From Clostridia bacterium (lineage in GTDB: Bacteria; Bacillota; Clostridia; Oscillospirales; CAG-272): 61,261 bases of DNA. A model generated the notes under the pieces. That model saw nothing but the letters and a program-made list of their open reading frames with translations, made no database searches and was not told the origin of the DNA. The translations under genes and the position numbers were made by a program. Each line of letters opens with the position of its first letter. Positions within the stretch are counted from its first letter, which is position 1. The DNA lies in NCBI GenBank assembly GCA_017455185.1, contig JAFTBN010000049.1, forward strand, positions 1 to 61,261. Reading direction: 5' to 3'. Shown here piece by piece: positions 9,649 through 19,428 of this stretch.

Positions 9649-10323
9649 TCAGGAAAACAGCATCTTACTGACTTCCCCTTCCTTCTCCTCGCGCAATTGC
9701 GCAAACAAAACCGGGAAGGTGCAGTTCGACTCGATGTTGCCGTAACGGAGGATGAATCCTCCGCCGGTCTCCGACGTCTGCTCCGACAGTTGCACTTTCT
9801 TCATTCTTTCGCTGTATTGCGGCTCGGGAATGGCCTCGCACGCAAACCGCAGCATCTGCTCGCCGTACGCTTCCCTGTCCGCGGGACTGAGAAGGATCTC
9901 GTACATCTCGGGGCATTGCGCCTCCTCTTCTCCGTACAGAGCCCGGTTCTCGTCCTCGTTTGCAAACTCGGCACGCAGAGCCTGAATCAACAGCCCTGCC
10001 AGAAGGCGGCAGGTCTGCTCTGAGGGAAGATTCTCGATTCTTCCCTCGATGCGTCTGAACGTCTCGTCCAGACGGTCCGCCCGGTTCTGCAGCTCAATGT
10101 TGCGCAGTTCCATGGCCGAGGAAGACTGCCCTCTTTGCCGGATGGCCTCTTCCTCCTTTTTTTGCGCTTCTTCATAGCCGGCTTTCATGCGCTCGGTCTT
10201 TGCCTGCCATTCCGCGCGAATGGAATCGCAGTCGTCGTTGGCCGTCTGTCTGGTTGCCTGTGCATCGGCCATGGCATCGGCTATGATCTTTTCGGTTATT
10301 TTTTCAAGACCCTTAGTCGCCAT
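9649..10323 (-). CDS. ntpE: V-type ATPase subunit E
   Basis: GLEKITEKIIADA, GGFILRYGNIESNCTF; operon position. Confidence 0.88.
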   Translation of the reverse strand: MATKGLEKITEKIIADAMADAQATRQTANDDCDSIRAEWQAKTERMKAGYEEAQKKEEEAIRQRGQSSSAMELRNIELQNRADRLDETFRRIEGRIENLPSEQTCRLLAGLLIQALRAEFANEDENRALYGEEEAQCPEMYEILLSPADREAYGEQMLRFACEAIPEPQYSERMKKVQLSEQTSETGGGFILRYGNIESNCTFPVLFAQLREEKEGEVSKMLFS

Positions 10324-10342
10324 TGAAACGTCCTGCTTTCTC

Positions 10343-10831
10343 TTATCTGAACAGAATGAGCAGCAAAGAAACAAGCACTGCAAAGATTGCGTACGTCTCA
10401 ACCAGAGCGGCGTTTGTCATGGCATGTCCGAGTTCGTTGGGCTGTTTGGTCAGAAGAACGACACCGGATGCTGCGACCTTGCCCTGCTTGATGCCCGAAT
10501 ACAAACCGACGATGGCAATCGGAAGAGCGGCCAGAAGGAAATACGCGCCGTCTGCGGTCTCCAAAGCCATGGGAGAGCCGCCGATCACACCGATCTTGAA
10601 CAGGATCATAAAGGAAGTGATCAAGCCGTAAATACCCTGGGTCATAGGCAATGCTTCCAGGACGATGCACTTACCGAAAGCGCTCGGATTTTCGCTCAGA
10701 AGTCCGGATGCGGCGGTCGCTACCAGATAAACACCCTTTGCGGACCCGATACCGGCCAGAATCGTAGCCAGGGCGGCGCCCAGAATTGCGAGATTGAAAC
10801 CCGAGAAAATCTGTTTGAAAATTTCTGCCAT
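10343..10831 (-). CDS. ntpK: V-type ATPase rotor subunit K (4 TM)
   Basis: AGIGSAKGV, LPMTQGIYG, GIKQG, VETYAI. Confidence 0.95.
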   Translation of the reverse strand: MAEIFKQIFSGFNLAILGAALATILAGIGSAKGVYLVATAASGLLSENPSAFGKCIVLEALPMTQGIYGLITSFMILFKIGVIGGSPMALETADGAYFLLAALPIAIVGLYSGIKQGKVAASGVVLLTKQPNELGHAMTNAALVETYAIFAVLVSLLLILFR

Positions 10832-10870
10832 GATAGTAGTCTCCTTTTATATAACTCTTACGTTACCACG

Positions 10871-12868
10871 TTATGATTTGGATTGCTGCGCCACCCGGGC
10901 CGGAGCCGGTTCCAGGGGCGTGACCGTGAACTTTTCCGAAGGAACGGCCGGTTCGAACTTGACTCCGCCATCCTCATAGAACTTATTGAAGAATTCGATG
11001 TATTGCAGCCGGCTGGTATGTACGAACGTGCCCAGCACGTTGATGGCCAGGTTAAGCAGGTGCCCGATGACAAGGACCAGCAGCATGACGATGAAACCGA
11101 CGACGCTCTTCCCCATCATGGTAATCAGGTTGATGACCTGTCCGATGACGCCCGCGACCAGGCCCAGGGCCAGAATGCGGGAATAGGAAAGCAAATCCGA
11201 CATATAACTGACGATTCCGTACAGGCTCATCACGCCCTTGAGGAATTTCATGACAATGCCCTTTGCGTTTCTTCCCTGCGAGAAGATCAGCATCGCCGCG
11301 CCGACACCGGCCACGATACCGCCCACCGCCATGGGTTTGACCACGAAAAGAAGAATCAGCCCGGCGAAAATCACCCACCAGGAACCGACATCGAAAATGG
11401 CGGCAAAAGGATGGCCGGATTTCCAGATGTTGCGGAACTTGATGGCCATACCGGCGCACATGTGGATAAGCCCCATGCCAAGCGATACGAGCATAAAGCC
11501 CAGGATGTTCTCGGTCGGGTTGAACACGACCCCGTTGAAGAACGGAATGACACCCGCCGGTTTTTCGACGCGGAACAGATTCTCCATGACCGAATAAGGC
11601 AGGTTTCCGAACCATCCGCCGAACAGGATTCCCATCACGACGCAGGAAATGCCGCAATAGCCGAACATATTCAGAAACCGTTTGGTTCCCTCCCGTGGCT
11701 TGAGCAGCCTGGGGCCCAGGAACCCGGCCAGAATCAAAATCAGACCATACCCGACGTCTGCAAACATCAACCCGAAAATCAGGAAGTAAAAGATACTCAT
11801 GATAGCCGTCGGGTCAAACGAGCCGTAATGCGGATAATCGTACATCCCGATAACCGTTTCGAAATTGCGCGAGAACGGATTGTTCGAAAGCATGACGGGA
11901 GGAACCTCATCGGGCTCCGGGTCTTCGAATTCATAGGCGCACTCGTATTGATCGAGCAGGCGGGAGATGCTGTTCTCCTCCTTCTTCGGAACCCAACCGG
12001 TCATGATGCAGCAATACGGGGTGGACAGCATTTTGTATTGCTGAACCAGTGCGAGCCGCAGCGTTTCGTCCGAATCGTACAGATATTCAATTAAATCCAC
12101 GTTCTCAGCCAACTCGACAAACCGCTTTTCGAGAGACTCGGCCTCTGACCTGAGGCTGTCATTCTCAAGACCCAGTTTGCGGACCCGGTCCACAACCAGT
12201 TCTTCCTCTTCGGAGAACTGCATCCGGACAAATCCATATTGACTCAGCAAAGCATTCATTGCCTCGGTACAGGACCGATGGGCCATCACAAAAACGTAAT
12301 AATGATTGTCGCCTTCGTTGATTTTCTCAAGATAGACTCCCGCTTCCGCCATGGCAGATTCCATGACTTCAAACGAGGAAGACTGAACCGGAATGGAACC
12401 GAGGAATGAAACGACATCCCGGCTTTCGGGCAAACTCAGAGGCAAATCAAACTTTTCCCAGGGCCCCAGGGATTTGACAGTCGATTCATTCTTTGCATTC
12501 TCCGCGGATATCTCGGCCTGTCTTTTTATAATGGAGGAAGCCTCCTCAACCGAAGAACGGGCCTTTTCGCAATCGGGCGACTGGAGGAATTTATCAAAAT
12601 CCATCGGTTTGCGCCCCGCAAAAAGTTTCCTCTTTTTTCCGGATTTTTTACGAAGGACAGGAAGAACGGTGTTGATTTTTTCAATTTCTTTTTCCAGCCT
12701 CAGCCTTTCCTCTTCGCAAAGGAAAAGCCTGGCCTGAAGGGATTTGAATTCATCCGGAGATGTCTGATTGATCTGCACACAGCGAAACCGCATCATGCGC
12801 TTTACCATATCATTCACCTGAGACCGAATGGCAAACACCGTCAGCTTTCGCATTTCTAGAATTGCCAT
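10871..12868 (-). CDS. ntpI: V-type ATPase subunit I (a)
   Basis: FGLMFADVGYG, SDLLSYSRILALGL, HTSRLQYIEFF. Confidence 0.95.
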   Translation of the reverse strand: MAILEMRKLTVFAIRSQVNDMVKRMMRFRCVQINQTSPDEFKSLQARLFLCEEERLRLEKEIEKINTVLPVLRKKSGKKRKLFAGRKPMDFDKFLQSPDCEKARSSVEEASSIIKRQAEISAENAKNESTVKSLGPWEKFDLPLSLPESRDVVSFLGSIPVQSSSFEVMESAMAEAGVYLEKINEGDNHYYVFVMAHRSCTEAMNALLSQYGFVRMQFSEEEELVVDRVRKLGLENDSLRSEAESLEKRFVELAENVDLIEYLYDSDETLRLALVQQYKMLSTPYCCIMTGWVPKKEENSISRLLDQYECAYEFEDPEPDEVPPVMLSNNPFSRNFETVIGMYDYPHYGSFDPTAIMSIFYFLIFGLMFADVGYGLILILAGFLGPRLLKPREGTKRFLNMFGYCGISCVVMGILFGGWFGNLPYSVMENLFRVEKPAGVIPFFNGVVFNPTENILGFMLVSLGMGLIHMCAGMAIKFRNIWKSGHPFAAIFDVGSWWVIFAGLILLFVVKPMAVGGIVAGVGAAMLIFSQGRNAKGIVMKFLKGVMSLYGIVSYMSDLLSYSRILALGLVAGVIGQVINLITMMGKSVVGFIVMLLVLVIGHLLNLAINVLGTFVHTSRLQYIEFFNKFYEDGGVKFEPAVPSEKFTVTPLEPAPARVAQQSKS

Positions 12869-13179
12869 TGATCCAAAACACTCCTCACGATATAACGCAC
12901 TGCGTCTTCCATTTTATCCTGATTGTCTTGAAAGGTGTCCTGTGCCTGATTGACGGCCTGAAGTCTGGAATTGGCAAGGTCCTGCTCCACATCCGCACGG
13001 ATTTGTGCAAGATGGAGATTCATATTCTTGCGTATTTCCATTTCTTCACGGTCATACTTTTCACGGCATTCTTTTTCGGTCTGATCGACGCGGGCTTTTG
13101 CGTCTGCAATCGCATCCTCGCGGATCCGGCGTGCCCGGTCTTCCGCTGCAACGATTTCAGCCAATGCTGCTTTTGCCAT
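12856..13179 (-). CDS. V-type ATPase peripheral-stalk subunit G/H
   Basis: Short charged helical protein, first gene of the operon, overlaps ntpI start. Confidence 0.75.
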   Translation of the reverse strand: MAKAALAEIVAAEDRARRIREDAIADAKARVDQTEKECREKYDREEMEIRKNMNLHLAQIRADVEQDLANSRLQAVNQAQDTFQDNQDKMEDAVRYIVRSVLDQWQF

Positions 13180-13210
13180 AAGACCCTCCCGATTTAAACT
13201 TCATTGATTT

Positions 13211-13239
13211 ATTTTACCACAAACGACAAATGAGCGCAA
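13211..13239 (-). promoter_or_regulatory. Promoter of the V-ATPase operon
   Basis: Minus strand TTGCGC-N17-TAAAAT with extended TG. Confidence 0.6.
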
Positions 13240-13365
13240 GACAAAACCAATTCAAAACGTTCGACAAACATACCAAAATCAACAGAAAAAATGAAACGGA
13301 ACAAATGCATTTTTTACATCAGGAAAACGAACCGTTTGCTTACCGGCAAAGACGTTTTAGAGGAT

Positions 13366-13399
13366 AACAAAAAGGGGATTTTGCAATCCCCTTTTTGTT
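13366..13399 (-). terminator. Intrinsic terminator
   Basis: Perfect 15-bp stem AACAAAAAGGGGATT / AATCCCCTTTTTGTT. Confidence 0.85.
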
Positions 13400-13420
13400 T
13401 TATTCCTTCATCAATGATGA

Positions 13421-15502
13421 TTAAGGATTTGTAGGTTCTTCGCCGATGACAGGAAGCTGAGCTTTCAGAACTTCCCAACGCTGAGCGATTTCAGCCTTCA
13501 TATCGTTGATGATTGTCTCGAACGAGAAGCCCTCGTTGCCTTCCTTCTTGACATCTTCGAATGTCAGGTCGGTGACGAACTGCTCGTACTTGACATAGAT
13601 GACTGCCAGGTCAAGAGCTTCATAAGAGCTACGGCCGACGTTCTTTTCATCTACGAAAGCAAGATACTCAACATGGAGCTGTCTCAGGCAGAGGTTCTGG
13701 TCTCTGATGAACTTCAGTTTCAGGATCTGAACAACATATTCCTGAACCAGAGAGTAATCATCGTTCATGACTGCGCTCATATCTCCGTCATTCGCAATCG
13801 AGAATTTCTCGTACATACCCTTGGTATCATCATCATACTCAAATGCTGCAGGACCAACCAGTTCCTTGATGGCCTCTTCGTCCTCGTTATCAGCAATGGA
13901 GATGTAGTCAATGGTCGGGTTATTCTCAATGATATCAGCCTGCTTTGCCATCAGGTCATTGTAGAATTCAGCAAATTCCTCAGCCTCTTTTTCAGCAGCA
14001 GTCAGAACAGCAGAATCCAAGCCATAGTAAACGGAATCAGGATTGAAGGACAGGAAAACATCATCCTCAACTTCTTCGGTCAGAGGATCGTCGCCAGCCT
14101 CATAGAGATCCTTGTGTTCTCTGAAAGCACGAATTGCACCAGCCTCATAGGTTTCAGCCCATGCGACAGCTTCCTGATAAGCTTCGAACACAGTTGCAAG
14201 ATCGCCTGCAATGTTGCCTTCTTCATCCAGTTCAAGAGTCAGACGAATATAGTCGCCGTCAGCGTTCTGGAAGTAGTAAATCAAATCGCCATTCTCAATA
14301 ACCGGCTCGCCGGACGTAGCGTCAGCGGTCACATCCATCTTGGTTCCGACACTTGCAAGTTTCTCATTGATTGCCTTAGCAGCTTCTTTGGCGGAAACGC
14401 CGTTTGCAGCGACAACTGCGAGATCTTCGTAGTAACCGGTTACAGTGGAGAGCTTACGGTCACGGACTTTAACAAATGCATTCAGTTTAAGAGCAAAATC
14501 TGCCTGGCTGTCGCCGGGTGTGCCGCTTCCGTCGGCATCGGTTACATTGTAATATTTATCAACGAAGTCACCCAGGTTCTCAACATCGCCGCCGGCAGTG
14601 TATCCTTCAGACTTATCATAGAATGCAGCCGGGAAAACGTTGTCTCTCAGTTTTGCAATATCATCCGCATAGGTGGAGTTTTCGGGAACGTTGCCAGCCA
14701 GAACAGCATCAACGGTTGTGTCACCTTCCTGAAGTGCATAATAGATGGCGGAAACCTTGTCCCATTCCTCAATGTTGATGTAGATATCGGCAATGTCGCC
14801 GGAAACTACATTCTCAATCAGGTTATCAACAGCTTCTGCTGTGTAATAGTTCTCCAGTTCTTCAGTCAGAGCGCTGGACTTCAGATAATCCTTCAAAGCG
14901 TCTGTCAGAGCGGTCTTGGTGACATAATCGGTCAAAGCGTTGCTGATTGCCGTGTTGACATCAGACTTCTTTGCATAGTCATTCAGAGCGTCTGCCTTGA
15001 GATAGCCGGAGAGTGCAGAGTTGATTGCATTGGTCACTTCGGTCATTGTTACGCCGCTCGAGGAACCTGTAGGCAGGTTAGCGATTGCGCTGTTGACAAT
15101 TTCCTGAACCTTTGCTTCAGTCAGGGCATCTGATTTCTTCTGATAATCCTTAAGAGCATCGTTCACCGCATTCGAAATAGCGTTTGCCAACTCGGAAGCT
15201 TTCACGCCGTCCTCCGTCTTAAGGTAATCAGCTAACTTTTGATTCAATTGTGTCTCTGTAATAGCAGCATCTGCTGTTGCCTTCGCGGTATCGGCCGTAG
15301 CCTTGGCAGTATCAGCTGCAGACTTAGCCTGATCGGCAGCGGTCTTAGCCTGATCAGCAGCCGTCTTGGCGCTGTCAGCCGTTGCCTGCGCATTCTCGTC
15401 TGTGCAACCAGTCAAGCATACGACAAGCATCATAACCAAAGCCAAAGCCAAAGCAAGAATGCTTACTACACCAGTTTTCTTGTTGTTCTTAGAGAAAAGC
15501 AT
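13421..15502 (-). CDS. Lipoprotein with Ala-rich heptad repeats, coiled-coil stalk and acidic C-terminal region
   Basis: Signal peptide with lipobox LTGC; TAADQAK repeats; recurring (D/G/N)Y-x-(K/T) motifs. Confidence 0.8.
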   Translation of the reverse strand: MLFSKNNKKTGVVSILALALALVMMLVVCLTGCTDENAQATADSAKTAADQAKTAADQAKSAADTAKATADTAKATADAAITETQLNQKLADYLKTEDGVKASELANAISNAVNDALKDYQKKSDALTEAKVQEIVNSAIANLPTGSSSGVTMTEVTNAINSALSGYLKADALNDYAKKSDVNTAISNALTDYVTKTALTDALKDYLKSSALTEELENYYTAEAVDNLIENVVSGDIADIYINIEEWDKVSAIYYALQEGDTTVDAVLAGNVPENSTYADDIAKLRDNVFPAAFYDKSEGYTAGGDVENLGDFVDKYYNVTDADGSGTPGDSQADFALKLNAFVKVRDRKLSTVTGYYEDLAVVAANGVSAKEAAKAINEKLASVGTKMDVTADATSGEPVIENGDLIYYFQNADGDYIRLTLELDEEGNIAGDLATVFEAYQEAVAWAETYEAGAIRAFREHKDLYEAGDDPLTEEVEDDVFLSFNPDSVYYGLDSAVLTAAEKEAEEFAEFYNDLMAKQADIIENNPTIDYISIADNEDEEAIKELVGPAAFEYDDDTKGMYEKFSIANDGDMSAVMNDDYSLVQEYVVQILKLKFIRDQNLCLRQLHVEYLAFVDEKNVGRSSYEALDLAVIYVKYEQFVTDLTFEDVKKEGNEGFSFETIINDMKAEIAQRWEVLKAQLPVIGEEPTNP

Positions 15503-15532
15503 GGTTTGCCTCCAAAAATTTTTTATATGTGT

Positions 15533-15561
15533 ATTCTACAACACTTGTCTTTCTTTGTCAA
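15533..15561 (-). promoter_or_regulatory. Near-consensus SigA promoter of the lipoprotein gene
   Basis: Minus strand TTGACA-N17-TAGAAT. Confidence 0.75.
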
Positions 15562-15679
15562 GAGGATTTTTCATTTTTCAGTTATAAAAACGCAAAATAC
15601 CCCTAACGCGAAACACCAGTACGCGGTTATTATATCATAGCTCAAAAAGCAATGCAAGATATATTGAAATATTTTTTAC

Positions 15680-18499
15680 TTAATTCTGAACTTTTTGCTC
15701 CGTTTCACCCGGGTTTTCCAGGCCGAAGAACGCAATCAGTTCCGCTTTCCTTCCTTCATCCATGTCGGAGTTGCCGATGGCGGTTTTCAAAGAGTCCTTA
15801 TCCTGTTCAAGCATCAGGTCCGAAATGTTCATCGGGTCGTGCCTGAGTTCCCCGTCATCCGATCCTTTTACCGATTCGGAAATCGTGCTGGAAACCACTT
15901 CGGAATTCGTAAGACTCTCCAGGAACTCTTCCGCGCTCTTCCCGGTTGAGCCGCCTTCGTCAAACAGGATTCCGTCCGTATCCGACGAGGACATGACCAT
16001 GGTCAGAAGATCGCTGACCGCCCCGGCTTCCTCCGCAGCCTCCTCATCCGACTTCTCTTCCTTCATCTGTGCAAGATTCGTGATCAGATTCTGCATGACC
16101 TCAGAGGTACCTGCCAGTGAATCCTGCGGAACGCCCATGGATTCCAGGACCGTATCGTCCACGACACCGGACAGAATGGTAGCGGTGGTAGGCGTCAGAT
16201 TCTCCAGCATGGACCGGACTGCGTCCTCCTTATCCTCAGCGGCCGACAGGTCATTCACCGTCATAACCGCATGAATGACGTCGTACAGACTGACCAGCGT
16301 TTCCTCGTACGTGGCACCGGGGGTATTGGCGACACTGGTCGTCACCTTGTCCGCGAACGAAGCAGTCGCCAGCCGGTTCAGATCCAGCGTAGCCTTGAAT
16401 TCATCCGACTGCAAAAGGCCCTTGAGGAATTGGGGAACCCGGTTGTAGCCCGATGCGGCCAGGTTGTCAATCATCCGGCCGAACATCGTCAGCAACGGCC
16501 TGAGTTCCATATCCGAGCCGGACTCTTCCTCCATGGCGTTGATCTCATCCACCAGTTTTTTGCCTTCCACAATCAGAAAACGCGTGAAGGTCTTCTGCTG
16601 TTCAACTTCTTCCTGTCCGTGCTCAATCTGCTCGAGCGAAACCCATTCGGTCCGGAATTTCTCCTCCTGCCCGAGATTGAGCAGGCGGACCATCATTTCG
16701 GAATCGGCATCCTTGTCCATGATCTGCATCAGGCGCTCGGTCGTGCGGACAAGCTGGGCGCCGCCCAAATGGATTCCGGCTTCCAGAATCAGCCCGGCCG
16801 CCCTATCCCGATTCTGCTCGGAGAGAGTCCGGCTCATTCTTTCCATCCAGTCAGTTGCGAAACGATACGGATTTTCTTTTCCGGACTCAGTCAGATATTC
16901 AAATCCGCCGGCGTCAAGCGAGGTTGATTCCTCATTTTCCGAGGCAAATTCATAGAAGAATGCCTTCAGTTCCGGAACGGATATGCCGTTCTGCCCGCGG
17001 AATGCGAGCGTCAGAGAGGTTGCAAGCGTCAGCGCCTGAGCGTCGGTCACAATCAGACCGTAATCCGGGAACGACTTGCTGATTTCATCCGCCAGAGACA
17101 GAATCCTATCATCATAATTTCCGCTTAACACAGACCAGGTATCGCAAAGATGCGTCAGCAGTTCGTCGTAAATCTGGGCCGAATTTTCCGGAATGCCGAA
17201 CGCAGAGGAAAGAACGCGCAGCGCAATCCGTTCAAACTCACCAATCAGGGATGTCAGGCGGGCGTTGGCCTCCAGAACGTCGAAAATCTGGTCGAGCAGC
17301 CCCTCGGCTCCCATATTGGAAAGGATATTTGTTATATTTTTAGTATCTTCAAATATATGATGGTCAACCAGGATGATGATCACGTCCACTGCCGAGGACA
17401 GGTCTTCGATGATGGTTTCGGTCGTCGTCGCCGCCATGATCCGGATCAGCGAATCAATGGAAGGCTGCATCACCGAGGAGGTCACGTCGGGCGATGCAAT
17501 GCCCATGTATTCCTCTCCCTGGCTCCACCTCGTGCAGGATTCCGCCACGACGGACCCGACCAGCGAAGGCAGAATGGCGCTCTTTCCGATGGTCGTGATG
17601 ACATCCCGGAGCGGATCGAGCTGCCCCGGCTTGATGTTCGTGGTATCCAGTTCGGACACAAACGCAAAGCTGGACGCCAGGGCGCCGAGTGCCTTGGACT
17701 CATCCATCAGACGGATGGTTTTCCCCTCGTATTCGGCTTCGGAGGTCCAGTTGAAGATCAGGCCTCCGCCCATATAATACAGCGCCTTGTTTGAAGTGTT
17801 GCCCAGAATCTGCGAGATTCCCCTTACCAATTTGGAAGCGACGTCCCCTGATTCCAAAGACTGCACCGTATCCAGCAGGCCCGCAAGCTGCTCGTTTTCG
17901 ACCCGTAACAGGTCCATCTGCGTCCCCGTCTCGGCTTCCCGGCTTTGTTCCTGCTTCTGCACCGCCTCAGTCAGCACATAGGCCCCGTCCATGACATACG
18001 AACCGGACAGGCCGTACCCGGCGAAAACGGAAAAGATGGAAATGACCAGCAGAAAACCGCACAGTCCCCCGATGATTCCGGCAAGCCAGGTAAGTTTGTT
18101 CTCTTTCTCCATTTTGGAGGCGATGTCTTCGGTCAGGGTGCGGATCATGGAGCCCAGGCAATGGAAAATGATCGAGCAGACGGCAAACAGATTCAGAAAA
18201 ACCAGCGGTCCGAGAATCATTTTCAAAAGGGCCGGAACGGCGTCTGTCGAGGCCGGGACCGCGCTCTTCATCTGCTCGTATGCTTCGGGCAGAAACGTCC
18301 GGAAAGCCTGCACCAGCATGCCGCCGAACACGTTCATGATCACCTTGGTCGCGATAATCGACACGGTCAGCGCTCCGAGAAGCATCAGAAGCGAGCCCAG
18401 AGTATGCCCCAGTCCTTTGCGCAAACCGCGAATCAGGTGCACGAGTATTATGATGACTGCAAACACAAGTATGATTAAACTTGCTACCAGGTTGCCCAT
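15680..18499 (-). CDS. Large membrane protein: CvpA-like N-terminal TM bundle plus long acidic helical region
   Basis: About four N-terminal TM segments (IRGLRKG..., LAGIIGGLCG), then ~770 aa soluble. Confidence 0.7.
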   Translation of the reverse strand: MGNLVASLIILVFAVIIILVHLIRGLRKGLGHTLGSLLMLLGALTVSIIATKVIMNVFGGMLVQAFRTFLPEAYEQMKSAVPASTDAVPALLKMILGPLVFLNLFAVCSIIFHCLGSMIRTLTEDIASKMEKENKLTWLAGIIGGLCGFLLVISIFSVFAGYGLSGSYVMDGAYVLTEAVQKQEQSREAETGTQMDLLRVENEQLAGLLDTVQSLESGDVASKLVRGISQILGNTSNKALYYMGGGLIFNWTSEAEYEGKTIRLMDESKALGALASSFAFVSELDTTNIKPGQLDPLRDVITTIGKSAILPSLVGSVVAESCTRWSQGEEYMGIASPDVTSSVMQPSIDSLIRIMAATTTETIIEDLSSAVDVIIILVDHHIFEDTKNITNILSNMGAEGLLDQIFDVLEANARLTSLIGEFERIALRVLSSAFGIPENSAQIYDELLTHLCDTWSVLSGNYDDRILSLADEISKSFPDYGLIVTDAQALTLATSLTLAFRGQNGISVPELKAFFYEFASENEESTSLDAGGFEYLTESGKENPYRFATDWMERMSRTLSEQNRDRAAGLILEAGIHLGGAQLVRTTERLMQIMDKDADSEMMVRLLNLGQEEKFRTEWVSLEQIEHGQEEVEQQKTFTRFLIVEGKKLVDEINAMEEESGSDMELRPLLTMFGRMIDNLAASGYNRVPQFLKGLLQSDEFKATLDLNRLATASFADKVTTSVANTPGATYEETLVSLYDVIHAVMTVNDLSAAEDKEDAVRSMLENLTPTTATILSGVVDDTVLESMGVPQDSLAGTSEVMQNLITNLAQMKEEKSDEEAAEEAGAVSDLLTMVMSSSDTDGILFDEGGSTGKSAEEFLESLTNSEVVSSTISESVKGSDDGELRHDPMNISDLMLEQDKDSLKTAIGNSDMDEGRKAELIAFFGLENPGETEQKVQN

Positions 18500-19428
18500 C
18501 AGTCGCCTCCTTCAATCGTTTCGGCTGTTCTCTGCCGGTTGGCAAATTCCAGCGTATCCAGAAAGTCCCATTCGTCCGTCATGGTCCTGTCAAGCAGAAT
18601 GCGGGAGTTGTTCCATATAATATAAGGAAAACAATCTGCGAAACAGTTTTCGAACGTATCTCCGCCTTCCTCAGCCTTTTCCCCGGCAAAAGCCGAAAAA
18701 TCGACCGCGACAAACGAAACAGGGACATTCGGCCAGTCCATGTCCTCAGCCGACCTTACCCCGTCGCACGGAAGTCCGAGTCCGACGCAAACGCCGGGAT
18801 TCATCTGGCTGACAGAGGACAGATATTCTGACGTCGCTTCCAGGCTATCCGCATCCACGGGCAAGCCCAGAAGGATGATTTCATCCGGGCCGTACCGTGC
18901 AATTTCGAACAGAAGCGCCTTTTCATATTCCGCTCTCGCCCTTTGCGCCACCGCGCCGGACAGGCCAAAGGCGGTTGAGCGGAACAAAACGCTCACGTAC
19001 ACATCCCTTTCGGTCCAGGACCGCATGGCGTCCGCAAAGGAAATGTCCCCATTTGTCCCAAGTCCCAGCGCAGTATCGGTTTCAAACGCATAATTGGGAT
19101 TTCCCTGCCCGTCAAAGATTTCCACCGAAAGGGCGGTTGCATCCGCCGGGTTCAGGTCCTTATCATATGCGACAGCTCCGATCATCCTAACCGGGCCGAT
19201 ATAAGGGCTGGTTTCCTTTTCCGTCTGTACGGTCTCCGGAGAATCCGGAGGGTCAAGCTTTTTGGCTTTTTCTCCCAGTGCCAGCCCCAGTACGACCGCA
19301 AGAATCACGGCAAACAGAACCGAACCCGCAACGGCAAGGATTGCGGCTTTGCGGGACACCGTCCTTTTGTCCTTCTTTGCGTCCTGCCAGACGGGATACG
19401 CCTTCGGCTTATCTCCTTTTTGCCTCAT
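18499..19428 (-). CDS. Membrane-anchored hypothetical protein, possibly glycoside-hydrolase-like fold
   Basis: Single N-terminal TM; YGPDEIIL-type strand motif; coupled to both neighbours. Confidence 0.6.
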   Translation of the reverse strand: MRQKGDKPKAYPVWQDAKKDKRTVSRKAAILAVAGSVLFAVILAVVLGLALGEKAKKLDPPDSPETVQTEKETSPYIGPVRMIGAVAYDKDLNPADATALSVEIFDGQGNPNYAFETDTALGLGTNGDISFADAMRSWTERDVYVSVLFRSTAFGLSGAVAQRARAEYEKALLFEIARYGPDEIILLGLPVDADSLEATSEYLSSVSQMNPGVCVGLGLPCDGVRSAEDMDWPNVPVSFVAVDFSAFAGEKAEEGGDTFENCFADCFPYIIWNNSRILLDRTMTDEWDFLDTLEFANRQRTAETIEGGD

